A DNA stretch of 64,000 nt from Spirochaetia bacterium (GCA_965198005.1 CBDAOI010000001.1:224001-288000); one strand, 5' to 3'. Shown: positions 30,030 to 40,444, numbered from the stretch's first letter. Translations and numbers: made by a program. Notes: a model not told the origin generated them from the sequence alone.

Positions 30030-30813
30030 TAAAGCCGATGACACACCGGCATGGCTGTACGTCTTGCTGGAGCACCAGTCGACGCCGGACCCCTGGTTAC
30101 GGCTGCGGCTGCTGAAGTACAGTATCAGGATCTGGGAACGGGATCGGAAGCAGCACCCCGATGAGGAGCACCTGCGCCCGATAGTGCCGCTGGTGTTGTA
30201 TCAGGGCAAGCACGGCTGGAGCCCCGCGCGCGAGTTCTCGGAGCTGTTCGCTGCGGCAGTCCGAGGTTGGCCGGGAGTGCCGCGCTACGCGCATCTGTTG
30301 ATCGACCAGACGAAGGTGGGGCCAGACGAGTTGCGCGGTGAGTTGCGCGGTCGCATCGCGCAACTGGCGCTGATGGCGGCGTACCGGACGAGCTGGGCGG
30401 TGATGCAGCGGTTGGTGCCGCTGATGGCGCAACTGGTGCAGGACGGGGGCATCGACGAACTGCGACAGATCGTAGTGTACATGGCGGCCACGACGAGGGA
30501 ACCGGAGCGCTGGCACAGATTCGCGGAGGCGGTACGGCGACACGTACCGGGAGGTGGAGAACTGATGAACAAGACGCAGGAGATGCTCGAGATTTACGGC
30601 GAGGTGATAGAGCAGGAGGCCCGTCAGAAGGGCCGTCAGGAAGGCCGGCAGGAAGGCGTACTGACTCAGGTGCGAACCATCGAGGGATTGCTGGGCCGAG
30701 ATGTCCCGTGGTCCACGATAGAAGCGACCACTGGAATCGACGAGGCCGCATTTGGACGGCTCAAGCAGCAACTGGAGACCGCCGGCGGCAGCACCAACCA
30801 TCCCATGCGATGA
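30030..30813 (+). pseudogene. Rpn (YhgA-like) recombination-promoting nuclease/putative transposase, 5'-truncated
   Basis: YVLLEHQSTPD..RLLKY..IW, PIVPLVLYQG..W, GRQEGRQEG tail. Confidence 0.88.
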
Positions 30814-30909
30814 ATAGTGACGTTTCAGATAGCCGAGTCGGCGCACGGTCGACGCAGCCGATCGCGCAGGCAGCGAACATTTTCGCAGGAATTATACATA
30901 TGGGTGGAC

Positions 30910-31003
30910 GGCCGTTCTTTGCGTTCCAGCCTCTGCAGCGCCTTCCGGGCGCGCTCGGCCGCGCGCGCGCCTACCCCGCCGGCCACCGCGCCGCCACCGC
31001 CCG
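30910..31003 (-). pseudogene. DppC tail remnant
   Basis: GGGAVAGGVGARAAERARKALQRLER. Confidence 0.75.
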
Positions 31004-31215
31004 TCACCAGCCGTGGCACTTCAGTACCCTGTTCGACCTGTTCGACAATGATACTCTGGCGCTGCGTTGTCGTCTCCCGGCCGGCAGCAAGGGGGTCATG
31101 GGTACTCCATTCGTATGGGCGTAGGTCTCAAATTGACCGGTCAAGGCAGCACGGCCGTGTGCCAGCTCGACCATGCGCGGGCGCGGGCGCATCCCGCCGG
31201 CAGGTGGCGCGGCCG

Positions 31216-32918
31216 TCATGAACCGCCGGCCGGCGGCGGTTCCCACAACAGGTCGAGCGCCGCCGCCAGGTCGAGCGACTCCCCGTACCACTCCGGCGTC
31301 GCCGTATGCGGGCCGATCGTGATCCCCGCCTGCCGCAGCCGCGCCTCGGTCGGCTCCAGCGGCGCCCCCTCCCAGCGAGGTGCCACCGGCACCGCCGGCA
31401 GCGGCGTACCATCCGGCCGCCGGAACACAAGCTGCCCATCCGCGCCAGAGACCACCTGAAACCCCTCCTCGTGCACCGCCCGGTGGTGGTAGCGACACAG
31501 ATAAGGTTCGGGAGCCGCGTCGCCCCGCCGTCCGCCCAGTGCACGACGTGATGCGCGTCGCAGTGGCGGAGCTGACAGCCGGGGAACTGACACTGATGGT
31601 GGTCTCTGACCTCCAGCGCGCGGCGCAACGGGGTCGGCACCGTGCGCGTTCTGCGCCCGACCTCCAGGACTGCGCCGTCGGGAGCGTGGGTCACCAGCAC
31701 GCGGCCGGCGTCGCAGGCGATGCGGCGGGCTGCGGTCGCAGCGAGGTGAATGCCATTCGCCTGTTCGATGACCGCCGCGCCGGCGGCGGGGTGACGAGCC
31801 TCGGGGTGCTCAGGGGCGTCCGCGACGGGAGCGGTGACCGGCGGTGCGACCGGCTGGGCGGCAGTCTCACCGGCGGCGCACGGTGCTGCCGGCATCGCCG
31901 GTGGCGCAGTCCGGCCGGTGCCCCGCGTTTCCGCTGAAACTGCGCCGGCGTCAGCGGCTGCGCAGCCGGCTGCCGCCGCAGTCGCGGCGCTCGCTGCTGC
32001 AGCAGTGGCATTGGCGCGGGATGGTCGGCCGGCTGGCCCGCGGGTTCGGCCGCCTGGGGCGCTCGCTGCCGCGGCCGGAGCACCGGCGCACGTTTCCGCG
32101 GAAATCTCCGGCGCGTCGGAGGCAGTCTCGCGAGCAGTCTCGGGGGCAGTCTCACGGGCAGTCTCACCGGCGGCCAACGCCGCCGCGTCCACGTGCACCG
32201 TCACCTGGTAGCGGTCACCGGCCGCGCCCGGGTCCAGCTTGCCCGCCAGCGCGCTCTCCGCCACCACCCCCAGCGCATCCGCGCGCCGTTGCGAGGCAGT
32301 GCACTCCGTGCCGTCCGCCGCCGCCGCCGGCACCTGCTCCAGCGCCGCCTCCAGCGCCCGCAGCACCACCGCCCCCACCTCCGGCAGCAACCGCCCGCGC
32401 AGCACCACCGTCCCGTCTTCGTCCACCCGCAGGCTCAACCCGCGCCGCGCCAGGCGCACCTGCGCGCCATCGTCGCCGGCCGCCGCCTCCTCCCGGTCCA
32501 CCCGCCGCCAGCCGCGCACCAGCCGCTCCACCTGCTCCGCGGTCGCGCCGCACGCCACCGCCAGCAGCCGCGCCTCGGTGCGCGGGGTCGCCACCCGACT
32601 AAGCGCCCGTACCTTCGAATAGGACAGCACGCCGCAGGCCATGGCGGCGGCGACGCGCAGCTTCTCGCGCGCGGCGCCGAGGTCGAGGCCGGTGCGCCAG
32701 TTGAGCCAGTGGGCGCAGGAGCGGAAGCCTTCCCAGCCGTGGCGGCGGTCGAATACGCGTAGGTCACAGAGCAGGTCGTAGGTGGCGGCCTGGATGCGGG
32801 CGGAGAGTTCGGCGATGCGGTCGCCGAGCTGATCCAGGTCGAGCGGGGCGGCCGGCGCCGGGGCCGGCGCCGGTGGCGGCGCGGTGCGGGATGCTGATTG
32901 TTCCATGGCGGTTTCCAT
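31216..32918 (-). pseudogene. DUF222/HNH endonuclease (13E12-repeat-like), frameshifted inside the HNH motif
   Basis: FRSCAHWLNWRTG, RRIACDA, RRALEVRD..CQFPGC..DAHHVVHWADGG.T..NL, then CRYHHRAVHEEGF in another frame. Confidence 0.88.
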
Positions 32919-32949
32919 GGCTGATTTTTTCGATTTTTTTTTTGGAGAG

Positions 32950-33239
32950 AGCCCCGCGCCCGCCTCCCGGGCCAGCTCCACGTGGTGCGACCACTCGAAC
33001 TCGCAGTCGAACTCGCGCGCCGCGGCGAGGATAGCCAGCTCCTTGACCGCCGGCGGCAGCGTCGACTCGAACCTGAGGTAGCTCCCGAGGTGGGCCGCTC
33101 GACCCGCCACCTCCGGGCTGTGCAGCAGCACCGCGAACGGTCCGGCGATCCGCCCGCGGCTGCCGGCTATCGCATCGAAGTGGTACGCGCCGGCCTCCGG
33201 CACCTCACCGCGCTGCTGAATCAGAGGAACGCGCGCCAT
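32950..33239 (-). pseudogene. Carboxymuconolactone decarboxylase/AhpD-family N-terminal half
   Basis: GPFAVLLHSPEVA..KELAILAAARE..FEWSHH. Confidence 0.8.
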
Positions 33240-33685
33240 GTCGTGGAATTCCGCCTTCGTACGGTTGCTGCCGAGCCACGCGGCGCTTCATACAGAAAAC
33301 ACCTGCCTGATCGTCGTGTGAAACGGAGCGTCGTTGCCGCGAGGTAAGGATGCCGGACGGGCGTCAAGCGCTATTGCTCAGCGCCACAATGTCCTGCCAC
33401 AGGTCGTCCCACTCGTCGGGGGGCAGGAATGGTCGCGCTGGAACAGCGGGACTCCGTAGGTCAGCCCATTTGCGATCACCACGTGCGGCCCTGGCGCGTC
33501 TCCGAGGTCGACAGCGCAACCCTTCTTGCTCATGGACGCCGTCGTACAGCGGGGATCGACGCGTGCTGCGATCGGCGTCAGCACCGAGGTCACCCGCTCT
33601 GATCTGCCTTCGCCGCTTCAATCCGATTGGAAATCCCGACCCACTCGTTGTACAGCGACTCGGTGACCTCGCCGAACCCGTTAGG

Positions 33686-35758
33686 TTAGGATCGGGGGGC
33701 AGCGCGCACCTGCAGCTCGACCGTTACGGGGCGGGTCAGGTCGGCGCGGAGCTGCACCGCATGCGCCGCGCCGGCCGCGCCGGCCGGCCAGCGCTGGCAC
33801 AGGTAGTCGGCGCCGTGAAGTAGCGGCTGACCATCGAGCGCGCACGCAAGCACCGCGCCGCCGGCAGCCGCGGCGCCGGCTGAGGCGCTCGCAATGAACA
33901 CCGGCCGGCGGCGGCAGATCGCGCCCGGGTCGAACCGGAAGCGGGCCGCGCCCGCGTCCAGCGTCACCCGGTAGGCTCCGAGGGCGCGGTCGAACGCGCC
34001 CTCGACGGTGAGGGCGGCCGCCGGCTGCTCCTGTGCGGGATCGTTGCCGGGCAGCGCGCCGCGCTCCACCGTGAGCGACGCCGGCTGCTCGAACTCGTCG
34101 CGCAGGGCGAGGGCGGCGGCCTCGGCGGCGCCGGTGTCCGCCGTTGGCAGCCAGCTCACCGCGATCCAGTGGCCGTACTCGGTGCCGGGCACGGTGGGGG
34201 TCACGCGCATCCCGTGGCTGGCGGTCAGGCCGTGCGGGCACTGCCAGCCCAGCGCCCGTCCCGGCACCAGCCCGCCGGCGTGCTGCAGGCCGCCCACCAC
34301 CGCGATCAGGTGCCACGCGGTTCCCGCCACCGCCAGCGGGAACACCAGCGTGAACGGGTAGTAGTGGCGGCCATCCGCCGCGGCCAGCTCCGCCACCCGG
34401 CCGGAACCGTCCAGCTCCCAGGCCGCGAAGGTGCGCCCGGAGCCGAGCGCCACCCGCGCCGGAGCGGTGAGCGCCCGGCCGAGCAGGTCGAAGTCCGGGC
34501 CCACGCTACGCCGCACGCGCACCGCCACCCAGTCGCTGATCACGATGCGCTCGGCGAAGAACGCGGCGGTGCCGCGCGCGTAGCCGCGCACGTCGTCGTC
34601 CTGCTCCACGAAGCGGGGCAACGGGCCGTGCCAGCGCACCAAGTCGGCCACCTCGCCGCAGGCCAGCAGGTCGAGCGCCGCGCCCTGGGTGAACTTGATC
34701 TCGGAGCCGCCGACGTGCCCCACCTGGATGCCGCTCTCCCACATCACGTTAGTGCGCGGATCGAACGCCGCCGGCCGCGCTCCCGGCGCCGGCGATAGGT
34801 GGAGCCGGTGCACGTTGCCGGGACGCACCACCGCCGCGTAGTCGCCGCGCCGGATCAGGTGCCGCGCCACCCACTGGCTGGACACCAGGGCGAAGCTTCG
34901 CCAGGCCGCCGGCACTGCGCGTGGCGGTGCTGGTGCCGGTGCGGGCTCGGAAGCCGGCTCGGAGCCACCGGCCTCGGCAAACAGGCCGACTACCTCGACG
35001 CCCCCCATGTAGGCGTCGTGCGCGTCGAGCAACGGTAGGCCGTCGAGCGCGACCTGGTGCCGGGTGCCGTTGAAGTGCCAGCGTACCTCGCCGGTGCCGT
35101 CGGGCGCGCAGGCGGCCCGCGCCGAGGCCAGCACCCGCCCCCGATACTCGGGATCCGCCCCCGCCGCGACGCGCTCCAGCGCCGCCGCCAGCTCGTTCCC
35201 GGCGCGCCTGAGGACCAAGCGCAGGTGGTTGCTGCCGTTGAAATGGCGCGCGATCAGCCCCCAGGCCGCGGCCGAGCCGGCGCCCGCCGCCCGGAACCGC
35301 GCCGTGATCTCCCCGTGCATCGCCCCGTCGACGAACAGGTACGCGCTGCCGCCACCACCGCCGGCGCCGGCGGCGATCGCCCCGTCGCGCCCGCGCCAGC
35401 TCCCGTCGGTGTGCCACGCCACCTCCGCCGGCAGCCACTTACCCGGCGGCGCCGCAAAGCGCGCCTCGATCCGGGTCACCGCGGTCACCTCCACCGCACC
35501 GTCCACCCCGGCGGCGGCAAACCGCCCCGGCGGCAGGACACTCCACCCGCTTGCGGCACCGACGAACCGCCCGCCGCGCACGTCGACGCTCACCGCCCGG
35601 CAACCGGCGGCCAGCGGATGGCTGCGCCACACCGGCCGGCCGCGGCCGTCGGTCACCGTCACCACCTGCCCCGCCGCCGCCGGCTCCCGCAGGCCCAGCA
35701 CCGGGTTGCCATGCGCCGTCAGCGCCACGGCCGGCGATGTCGAGGGTACGCGTTCCAT
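33686..35758 (-). CDS. Hypothetical protein (about 690 aa), possible beta-sandwich domain
   Basis: Long ORF with host-like codon usage; no recognisable catalytic motif. Confidence 0.7.
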   Translation of the reverse strand: MERVPSTSPAVALTAHGNPVLGLREPAAAGQVVTVTDGRGRPVWRSHPLAAGCRAVSVDVRGGRFVGAASGWSVLPPGRFAAAGVDGAVEVTAVTRIEARFAAPPGKWLPAEVAWHTDGSWRGRDGAIAAGAGGGGGSAYLFVDGAMHGEITARFRAAGAGSAAAWGLIARHFNGSNHLRLVLRRAGNELAAALERVAAGADPEYRGRVLASARAACAPDGTGEVRWHFNGTRHQVALDGLPLLDAHDAYMGGVEVVGLFAEAGGSEPASEPAPAPAPPRAVPAAWRSFALVSSQWVARHLIRRGDYAAVVRPGNVHRLHLSPAPGARPAAFDPRTNVMWESGIQVGHVGGSEIKFTQGAALDLLACGEVADLVRWHGPLPRFVEQDDDVRGYARGTAAFFAERIVISDWVAVRVRRSVGPDFDLLGRALTAPARVALGSGRTFAAWELDGSGRVAELAAADGRHYYPFTLVFPLAVAGTAWHLIAVVGGLQHAGGLVPGRALGWQCPHGLTASHGMRVTPTVPGTEYGHWIAVSWLPTADTGAAEAAALALRDEFEQPASLTVERGALPGNDPAQEQPAAALTVEGAFDRALGAYRVTLDAGAARFRFDPGAICRRRPVFIASASAGAAAAGGAVLACALDGQPLLHGADYLCQRWPAGAAGAAHAVQLRADLTRPVTVELQVRAAPRS

Positions 35759-35839
35759 GACCTGTCGGGCAGTGTAGCGAACTTGAGCGCGAGCGCGCCA
35801 ACCGGCGCCACGCGCCGGCACTCGCCGGCAGGGAAAGCG

Positions 35840-35912
35840 TGGGCGGTGACGGACTCGAACCGCCGGCCACCTGGGTGTAAACCAGGTGCTCTACCAACTG
35901 AGCTAACCGCCC
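35840..35912 (-). tRNA. tRNA-Val(TAC)
   Basis: GGGCGGTTAGCTCAGTTGGTAGAGCACCTGGTTTACACCCAGGTGGCCGGCGGTTCGAGTCCGTCACCGCCCA folds into a cloverleaf; CCA not encoded. Confidence 0.97.
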
Positions 35913-36004
35913 CCGGGCGCGCGGCACCGCGGCGCCACACTCCCCAGGCACGCTACCGGGTCACGCGCTGCGCTGTCAAACCGGCAAACCGACCTACCGA
36001 CCTG

Positions 36005-36613
36005 TCAGGCCAGCAATCCGAACACCGTCGTCAACGACGTAATCACCACGAACCCCACGCCGATCATCCAAGTCAACAGGTTGAACCGGTTCTCGACGGA
36101 CTCGAAGCGCCGATCCATGGCGCCGATCAGGTCCTCGAAACGCGTATCGAAGCGCTTGTCCATGGCCCCGGTCAGGTCCTCGAAGCGCGTATTCATGGCC
36201 CCGATCAGGTCCTCGAAGCGCTTGTCCATGGCCCCGGTCAGGTCCTCGAAGCGCGTATTCATGGCCCCGATCAGGTCCTCGAAGCGCTTGTCCACCGCTT
36301 CGAAGCGTTTGTCCATCGCTTCGAACCGTTTGTCCACCGCTTCGAACCGGCGCTCCATGTGGTCGGCGAACTCTTCGAACCGTTTGTCCGCCGCCTCAAA
36401 GCGACGCTCCATGAATCCGAATCGCTCGTCCATCAAGACCCGCTGGGCCTTGAGCTCCTCCTCGACCCGGACCATGCGTTCCAGGAGCTGACTGCCCACG
36501 CCGCCGAGTTCCGCGCGCGGAATCACCCGATCCACCACCTCGCGCAGCCACGGTTTGACGTACTCTCCTATGCGTCCGACATCTTCATCCTTCAAGACGA
36601 CAGGGTCTCCCAT
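36005..36613 (-). CDS. Coiled-coil repeat protein with C-terminal TM helix
   Basis: 7-aa (DKRFEAV) and 11-aa (RFEDLIGAMNT) repeats; RBS GGAGG. Confidence 0.85.
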   Translation of the reverse strand: MGDPVVLKDEDVGRIGEYVKPWLREVVDRVIPRAELGGVGSQLLERMVRVEEELKAQRVLMDERFGFMERRFEAADKRFEEFADHMERRFEAVDKRFEAMDKRFEAVDKRFEDLIGAMNTRFEDLTGAMDKRFEDLIGAMNTRFEDLTGAMDKRFDTRFEDLIGAMDRRFESVENRFNLLTWMIGVGFVVITSLTTVFGLLA

Positions 36614-36754
36614 GCGGCACCTCCAACTATACCCCATTTACGGGTGGAAGCGGGCGAACGCTTCACGATGAACGATGAACAGCGGTAAGCGCGAATTTAC
36701 CAGTTTTGTGAGTTTACCAAGTTTACCAGTAGTACCAGTCGGGCCTGCCGCCTG

Positions 36755-36872
36755 TGTGTACGATGGGCGTATGAGATGGAAAATTCGGCCCCGCATGCGC
36801 ACGTCGGCGGCACCGGTGCGTCCTGCCCTCGTCGTACCCCCCCCAACTTTTCAGATAGCCGACAACCGCTGA
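36755..36872 (+). promoter_or_regulatory. Extended -10 (TG-TACGAT) followed by a putative leaderless uORF through the C8 tract (36837-36844)
   Basis: ATG at 36771 lies 6 nt after TACGAT; APVRPA..PPP resembles the SBP3 and SBP5 leaders. Confidence 0.45.
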
Positions 36873-37279
36873 CCGCCCGGGCCGCGCGCCCTCATCCTTC
36901 GCTCACGGTCGACGACCGTCCCGGACCCCCGTCCGGGGGCAGCTCGTTCCGAAACACACCCTCCGCCGGCGTCGCCGGCCCAGCACACTCCCTGCTCGCC
37001 GCCCCCCATCCCATGGGGTCACACCCCGATGGTGTCACCCCGCCCATGGTGTCACCCCGGGCTGCCGGTGCTTGCAGTCGTACAAGGAGGAGCCCGCACC
37101 CGGATGCAGACCCTGACCGTATACGACTAACGCGGATCCAGCCCGGGCGGCCCCCCGCCGACCCGGCGCCCACGCCTGTCGCCCTTCGCTTTCGGTCGTC
37201 TGCAATGCAGCCATACCTCGGGAGTAGGCGAAGGACCGGCAGTGACCCCAGTACTCCCAAACGATAGGAGATCTACACT

Positions 37280-37639
37280 ATGAGTAGCGGAATGACCAAG
37301 ACCTGCCTCGCGGTGCTGCTTGGGGTCGTCCTGACCGCAACCGGCCGGTGGGCCAGCCCGGCCAGCGAAGAGGAATCGGCCGCGGCGATGGAGAAGGAGA
37401 TGGTGCTGGACCCGGCCACCGGCGAGATGGTAACCGTGCCGGGGTATGGCGGGACGTTCACCTAGGCCACGAAGCTCGAGCCACCGCATGGCGATCCCCA
37501 TTCGTCCCACGTGGCAGGACTGGCCATCGCCGGCGCTGCAGAAAAGCTGGCCATCCCCAATTGGGCGATAGATAGGGACGTTTATTCCTTCGCCCGTGCC
37601 TGGATTGATCAAGAGCTTAAGAAAGAGATGGGCTTTTAG
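37280..37639 (+). pseudogene. SBP6, collapsed: N-terminus joined to the last residues
   Basis: EMVLDPATGEMVTVPGYGG* .. WAIDRDVYSF joined to WIDQELKKEMGF. Confidence 0.88.
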
Positions 37640-37702
37640 TGTTTGCTTGTTGAACCGCAACGGCAAGTCCGTGAACTGTGGGAGGGCGGCACAAGCCCGT
37701 CA

Positions 37703-38149
37703 TCCGGGGGCATCTACGCCTCGAGGGTAGTGCGGGGGGCGGTCATAGGTGTCAAAGAGAATGCGTATTTTGCGGCCGCGGAGATGATTGGCTCCACGAA
37801 ATGGAAGACACTCATCCGACACGTCCTTCCCAATATTGCGGCTCCGGTGATCATCATTTTCAGCATCAACATCGGCGGAGTCATCATGTCTGAAGCTTCT
37901 CTGAGCTTCCTGGGCTTCGGCCTTCCCCCTCAGGTTCCCAGCCGGGGAGGGATGCTCAGTCGGGAGGGACGTCAATACATGGAGATGGCGCCGTGGCTGG
38001 CTCTGTGGCCGGGTCTTTGTCTGACGCTTACCGTGTATGGTCTGAACATCTTCGGCGACGTGGTGCGGGACCTGCTCGACCCAAGGTTGCGCGGCGCAAC
38101 CCCGCTCAACGGTCGTCGGGGTCGGCTGGGCGCACCTGGCTCCAGGTGA
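37703..38149 (+). pseudogene. DppC 3' half
   Basis: SRVVRGAVIGVKE..DLLDPRLRG. Confidence 0.88.
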
Positions 38150-38634
38150 TAGTACTGGCCGTTGTAGGTCACCGGCCCATCGGCAGTGAACAACTTGCGA
38201 ATCAACGCACAAGCCTCCTCCAGCCGGTCGGATCGCTCCCGCATCGAGGGAAACTTCCCCCAACCGTAGGCCACGTGCTCGCGGTCGAACCAGCCGGCAC
38301 CGAGCGCCAATGTGAAGCGGCCTTGAGAAGCCTGATCGAGCGTGGCGGCCATCTTCGCCAGCAGGCCCGGATTGCGGTAGGGGTTCCCAAGCACCAAGTG
38401 CCCAAGCCGCAAGCGCTGGGTCATACCCGCCGCCACCGCAACAAGGGTGTAACCCTCGAACGCCGTGCCGCGTTCTCGTTCGATATTCGGGTCCACCGGA
38501 TCATCCGACGTCGGCGGTAGGAAGTGGTCGGCGAACCAGAGGCTGTTCCAGCGGCTGGCCTCCATTGTTTCGATCGACGTGCGGATATTGGCCCACGTCA
38601 CACCGTAGCAGTTGACCTGAACGCCAAACTTCAT
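38140..38634 (-). pseudogene. LLM-class (luciferase-like) oxidoreductase, 3'-truncated
   Basis: WFADHF, LRLGHLVLGNPYRNPGLLAKMAATLDQASQGR..LGAGW. Confidence 0.88.
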
Positions 38635-38718
38635 GGAGCGAATTCTACCGCCGCTGCTCGCGGTCGTCAAACTTGACGGGCGGTCGGGCGCGGGCCGCTG
38701 GGGTGGTCAGCTGCTCGA

Positions 38719-39139
38719 GTGCGTTGGCTTGATTCATCTCGACTCCTCAAGAGCCTCAGAAAGCAGTCAGGGCTCTCCTACCGCCGCCTCGCCGATGCGG
38801 TCGGCATCTCGCACAACAACCTCGCCTCTTATGAGGCCGACCGTGTCATGCCCTCATTCCAGAACGCCGGTGAAGCTGTGCCAGTTCTTCAACATGCCCC
38901 TCGAGTATCTGCTGGTCGGTCAGAAGGCCGACTTCCGCTATCACGACCTCAGGCTCGCCGAGCTGTTCCTCCAGGCCGATGCGCTGCCCGCCGAGTACCG
39001 CACGATCATCACGGCGTACCTGCGCAGCGTGATGAAGCACGCGACCGAGAAGGAGCGCCTTGATCGCTACCGCCGCGGAGCCGGAGCTGCCGTAGGGAGA
39101 AGAAACCGAGAGCGGCCATCGCGCACAGAAAGTACTTGA
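38719..39139 (+). pseudogene. XRE-family HTH regulator, frameshifted near 38870
   Basis: LKSLRKQSGLSY..LADAVGIS..YE..P.F continues as VKLCQFFNMPLEYLL in another frame. Confidence 0.8.
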
Positions 39140-39378
39140 CCGCCGGCAGTGGAGTGCGAAAACGCCTGGCAACCAAGTACCAGGAGGTGCGATGAATGGT
39201 GACGTTTCAGATCGCCGGCGAGTCGGCGCTGCGGTTCAAGGTGGTGGCGCACTGCGGTGCCGGGCCGAGGGGCTATTCGCCTCGATGGTAGTGCCCGAGG
39301 GCATCCCGCCCAAGGCAGCGCTGGCGCGGCGCACCCTGTGGCTGGTCAAACGCAGCTCGCTGCGTTCACCGAAACGGT

Positions 39379-40071
39379 TCAACGCTCGTGGTAGAGTGAA
39401 TTCTCCCGCACCGCAAGCAGATCCGAGGCGATAGCGACGAGATCGGAGAAGAACAGTTCTTCGTCCGGCTGCGTGCGCCAGCGGATCGTATCGAACAGGT
39501 GCCTCGGAAAGGAGCGCACCAGATCCGCTACAGTGGCCGCGTCGATCCCGACCTCTTTGCTGTTAGCCTCAACCATGATGTCGGACCAGCGGAACGCTTC
39601 GTGGGCGCAGATTGCCCAGAGGTCGGCGATGTCCTTGCTCTCCAACCGGTATATCGCAGTGACCTTGTTCGACAGGATGTTGCGCAGGGAGTCAATACGT
39701 GGAAACAAGCTTCCGGACACCACCGCCCCGAACCGTGGTGCGCTGTCGTTGACGAAGTCGATTTTGAGCGTCGTTTGCTGTTGCGTGACCAGCACGCGGG
39801 CGTACTGATCGTTGCGGACGAACGCATCGGCATCGAACCGATAGCCTTGTGCGTGCAACGTGGCGAGCGCTTGGTCCACATGCCCGCTGAATCCGGAATC
39901 CTGGTTTACAAACAAGTCGAGATCGTCGGAATACCGGAATCCGAAGTAGTATCTATGAAGTGCGGTACCACCGGTCAGATAGAACGGTGCTTCGCAGGCG
40001 GCGAGCGTGCTCAGCACTCCATTCTGCAGGGGGTACAGGATCTCCTCGTAGTAGGCGTCGGATTCGTGCAT
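39379..40071 (-). CDS. AbiEii/AbiGii-family nucleotidyltransferase toxin
   Basis: FYLTGGTAL..Y..RYSDDLDLF, KIDFVND, NK..A..R..KD..D. Confidence 0.92.
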   Translation of the reverse strand: MHESDAYYEEILYPLQNGVLSTLAACEAPFYLTGGTALHRYYFGFRYSDDLDLFVNQDSGFSGHVDQALATLHAQGYRFDADAFVRNDQYARVLVTQQQTTLKIDFVNDSAPRFGAVVSGSLFPRIDSLRNILSNKVTAIYRLESKDIADLWAICAHEAFRWSDIMVEANSKEVGIDAATVADLVRSFPRHLFDTIRWRTQPDEELFFSDLVAIASDLLAVRENSLYHER

Positions 40072-40327
40072 AGCGCTCTCGCAAGGACGCGGGCCAAAGT
40101 CGCGCAATCGTCTCCGCAGTCAACAACGTCCTGACTTCATCGAATGTCAGCGCTGTTACGATACGCTGCCACGGCAGCGCCTGCAGCATGCGCGCGAACA
40201 GAGCCGGTCTGTCGAGGTGGCCGATGGTCTCGCGGCGTCCGCGCAGTACGTCCGCCACATCTTCGGGACGGTAGCGGTAGTCCCACACGATTGTTCTTGC
40301 GATGCGGCTCAGTTCCCGGTCGTCCAC
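39953..40327 (-). CDS. Small partner protein of the AbiEii-like toxin
   Basis: 124 aa (IVWDY..LFARML..PW), directly upstream and overlapping. Confidence 0.7.
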   Translation of the reverse strand: MDDRELSRIARTIVWDYRYRPEDVADVLRGRRETIGHLDRPALFARMLQALPWQRIVTALTFDEVRTLLTAETIARLWPASLRERYARIRRLLRGDPVPPAEWSAEHARRLRSTVLSDRWYRTS

Positions 40328-40444
40328 CGCATCAGTGTATTGCCAATTTGTGGGCTTGTCAAACGGATTTTCCGCCGCAGGCGGCGGCCGGGCGCCAGCC
40401 CCATCTCGCTCACCGCCATCGAGGCGCAGGCAACAGCGACCCGA

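Noticed and set aside
29676-30044. Transposase-permease fusion ORF
   Set aside because: Chance in-frame junction of two fragments
31128-33239. 703-aa CMD-HNH fusion as a novel protein
   Set aside because: The CMD half is truncated, the linker is AT-rich upstream DNA (LSPKKKSKK) and the HNH motif is frameshifted; a deletion product
33364-33621. Small ORFs
   Set aside because: No recognisable family; probably fragments
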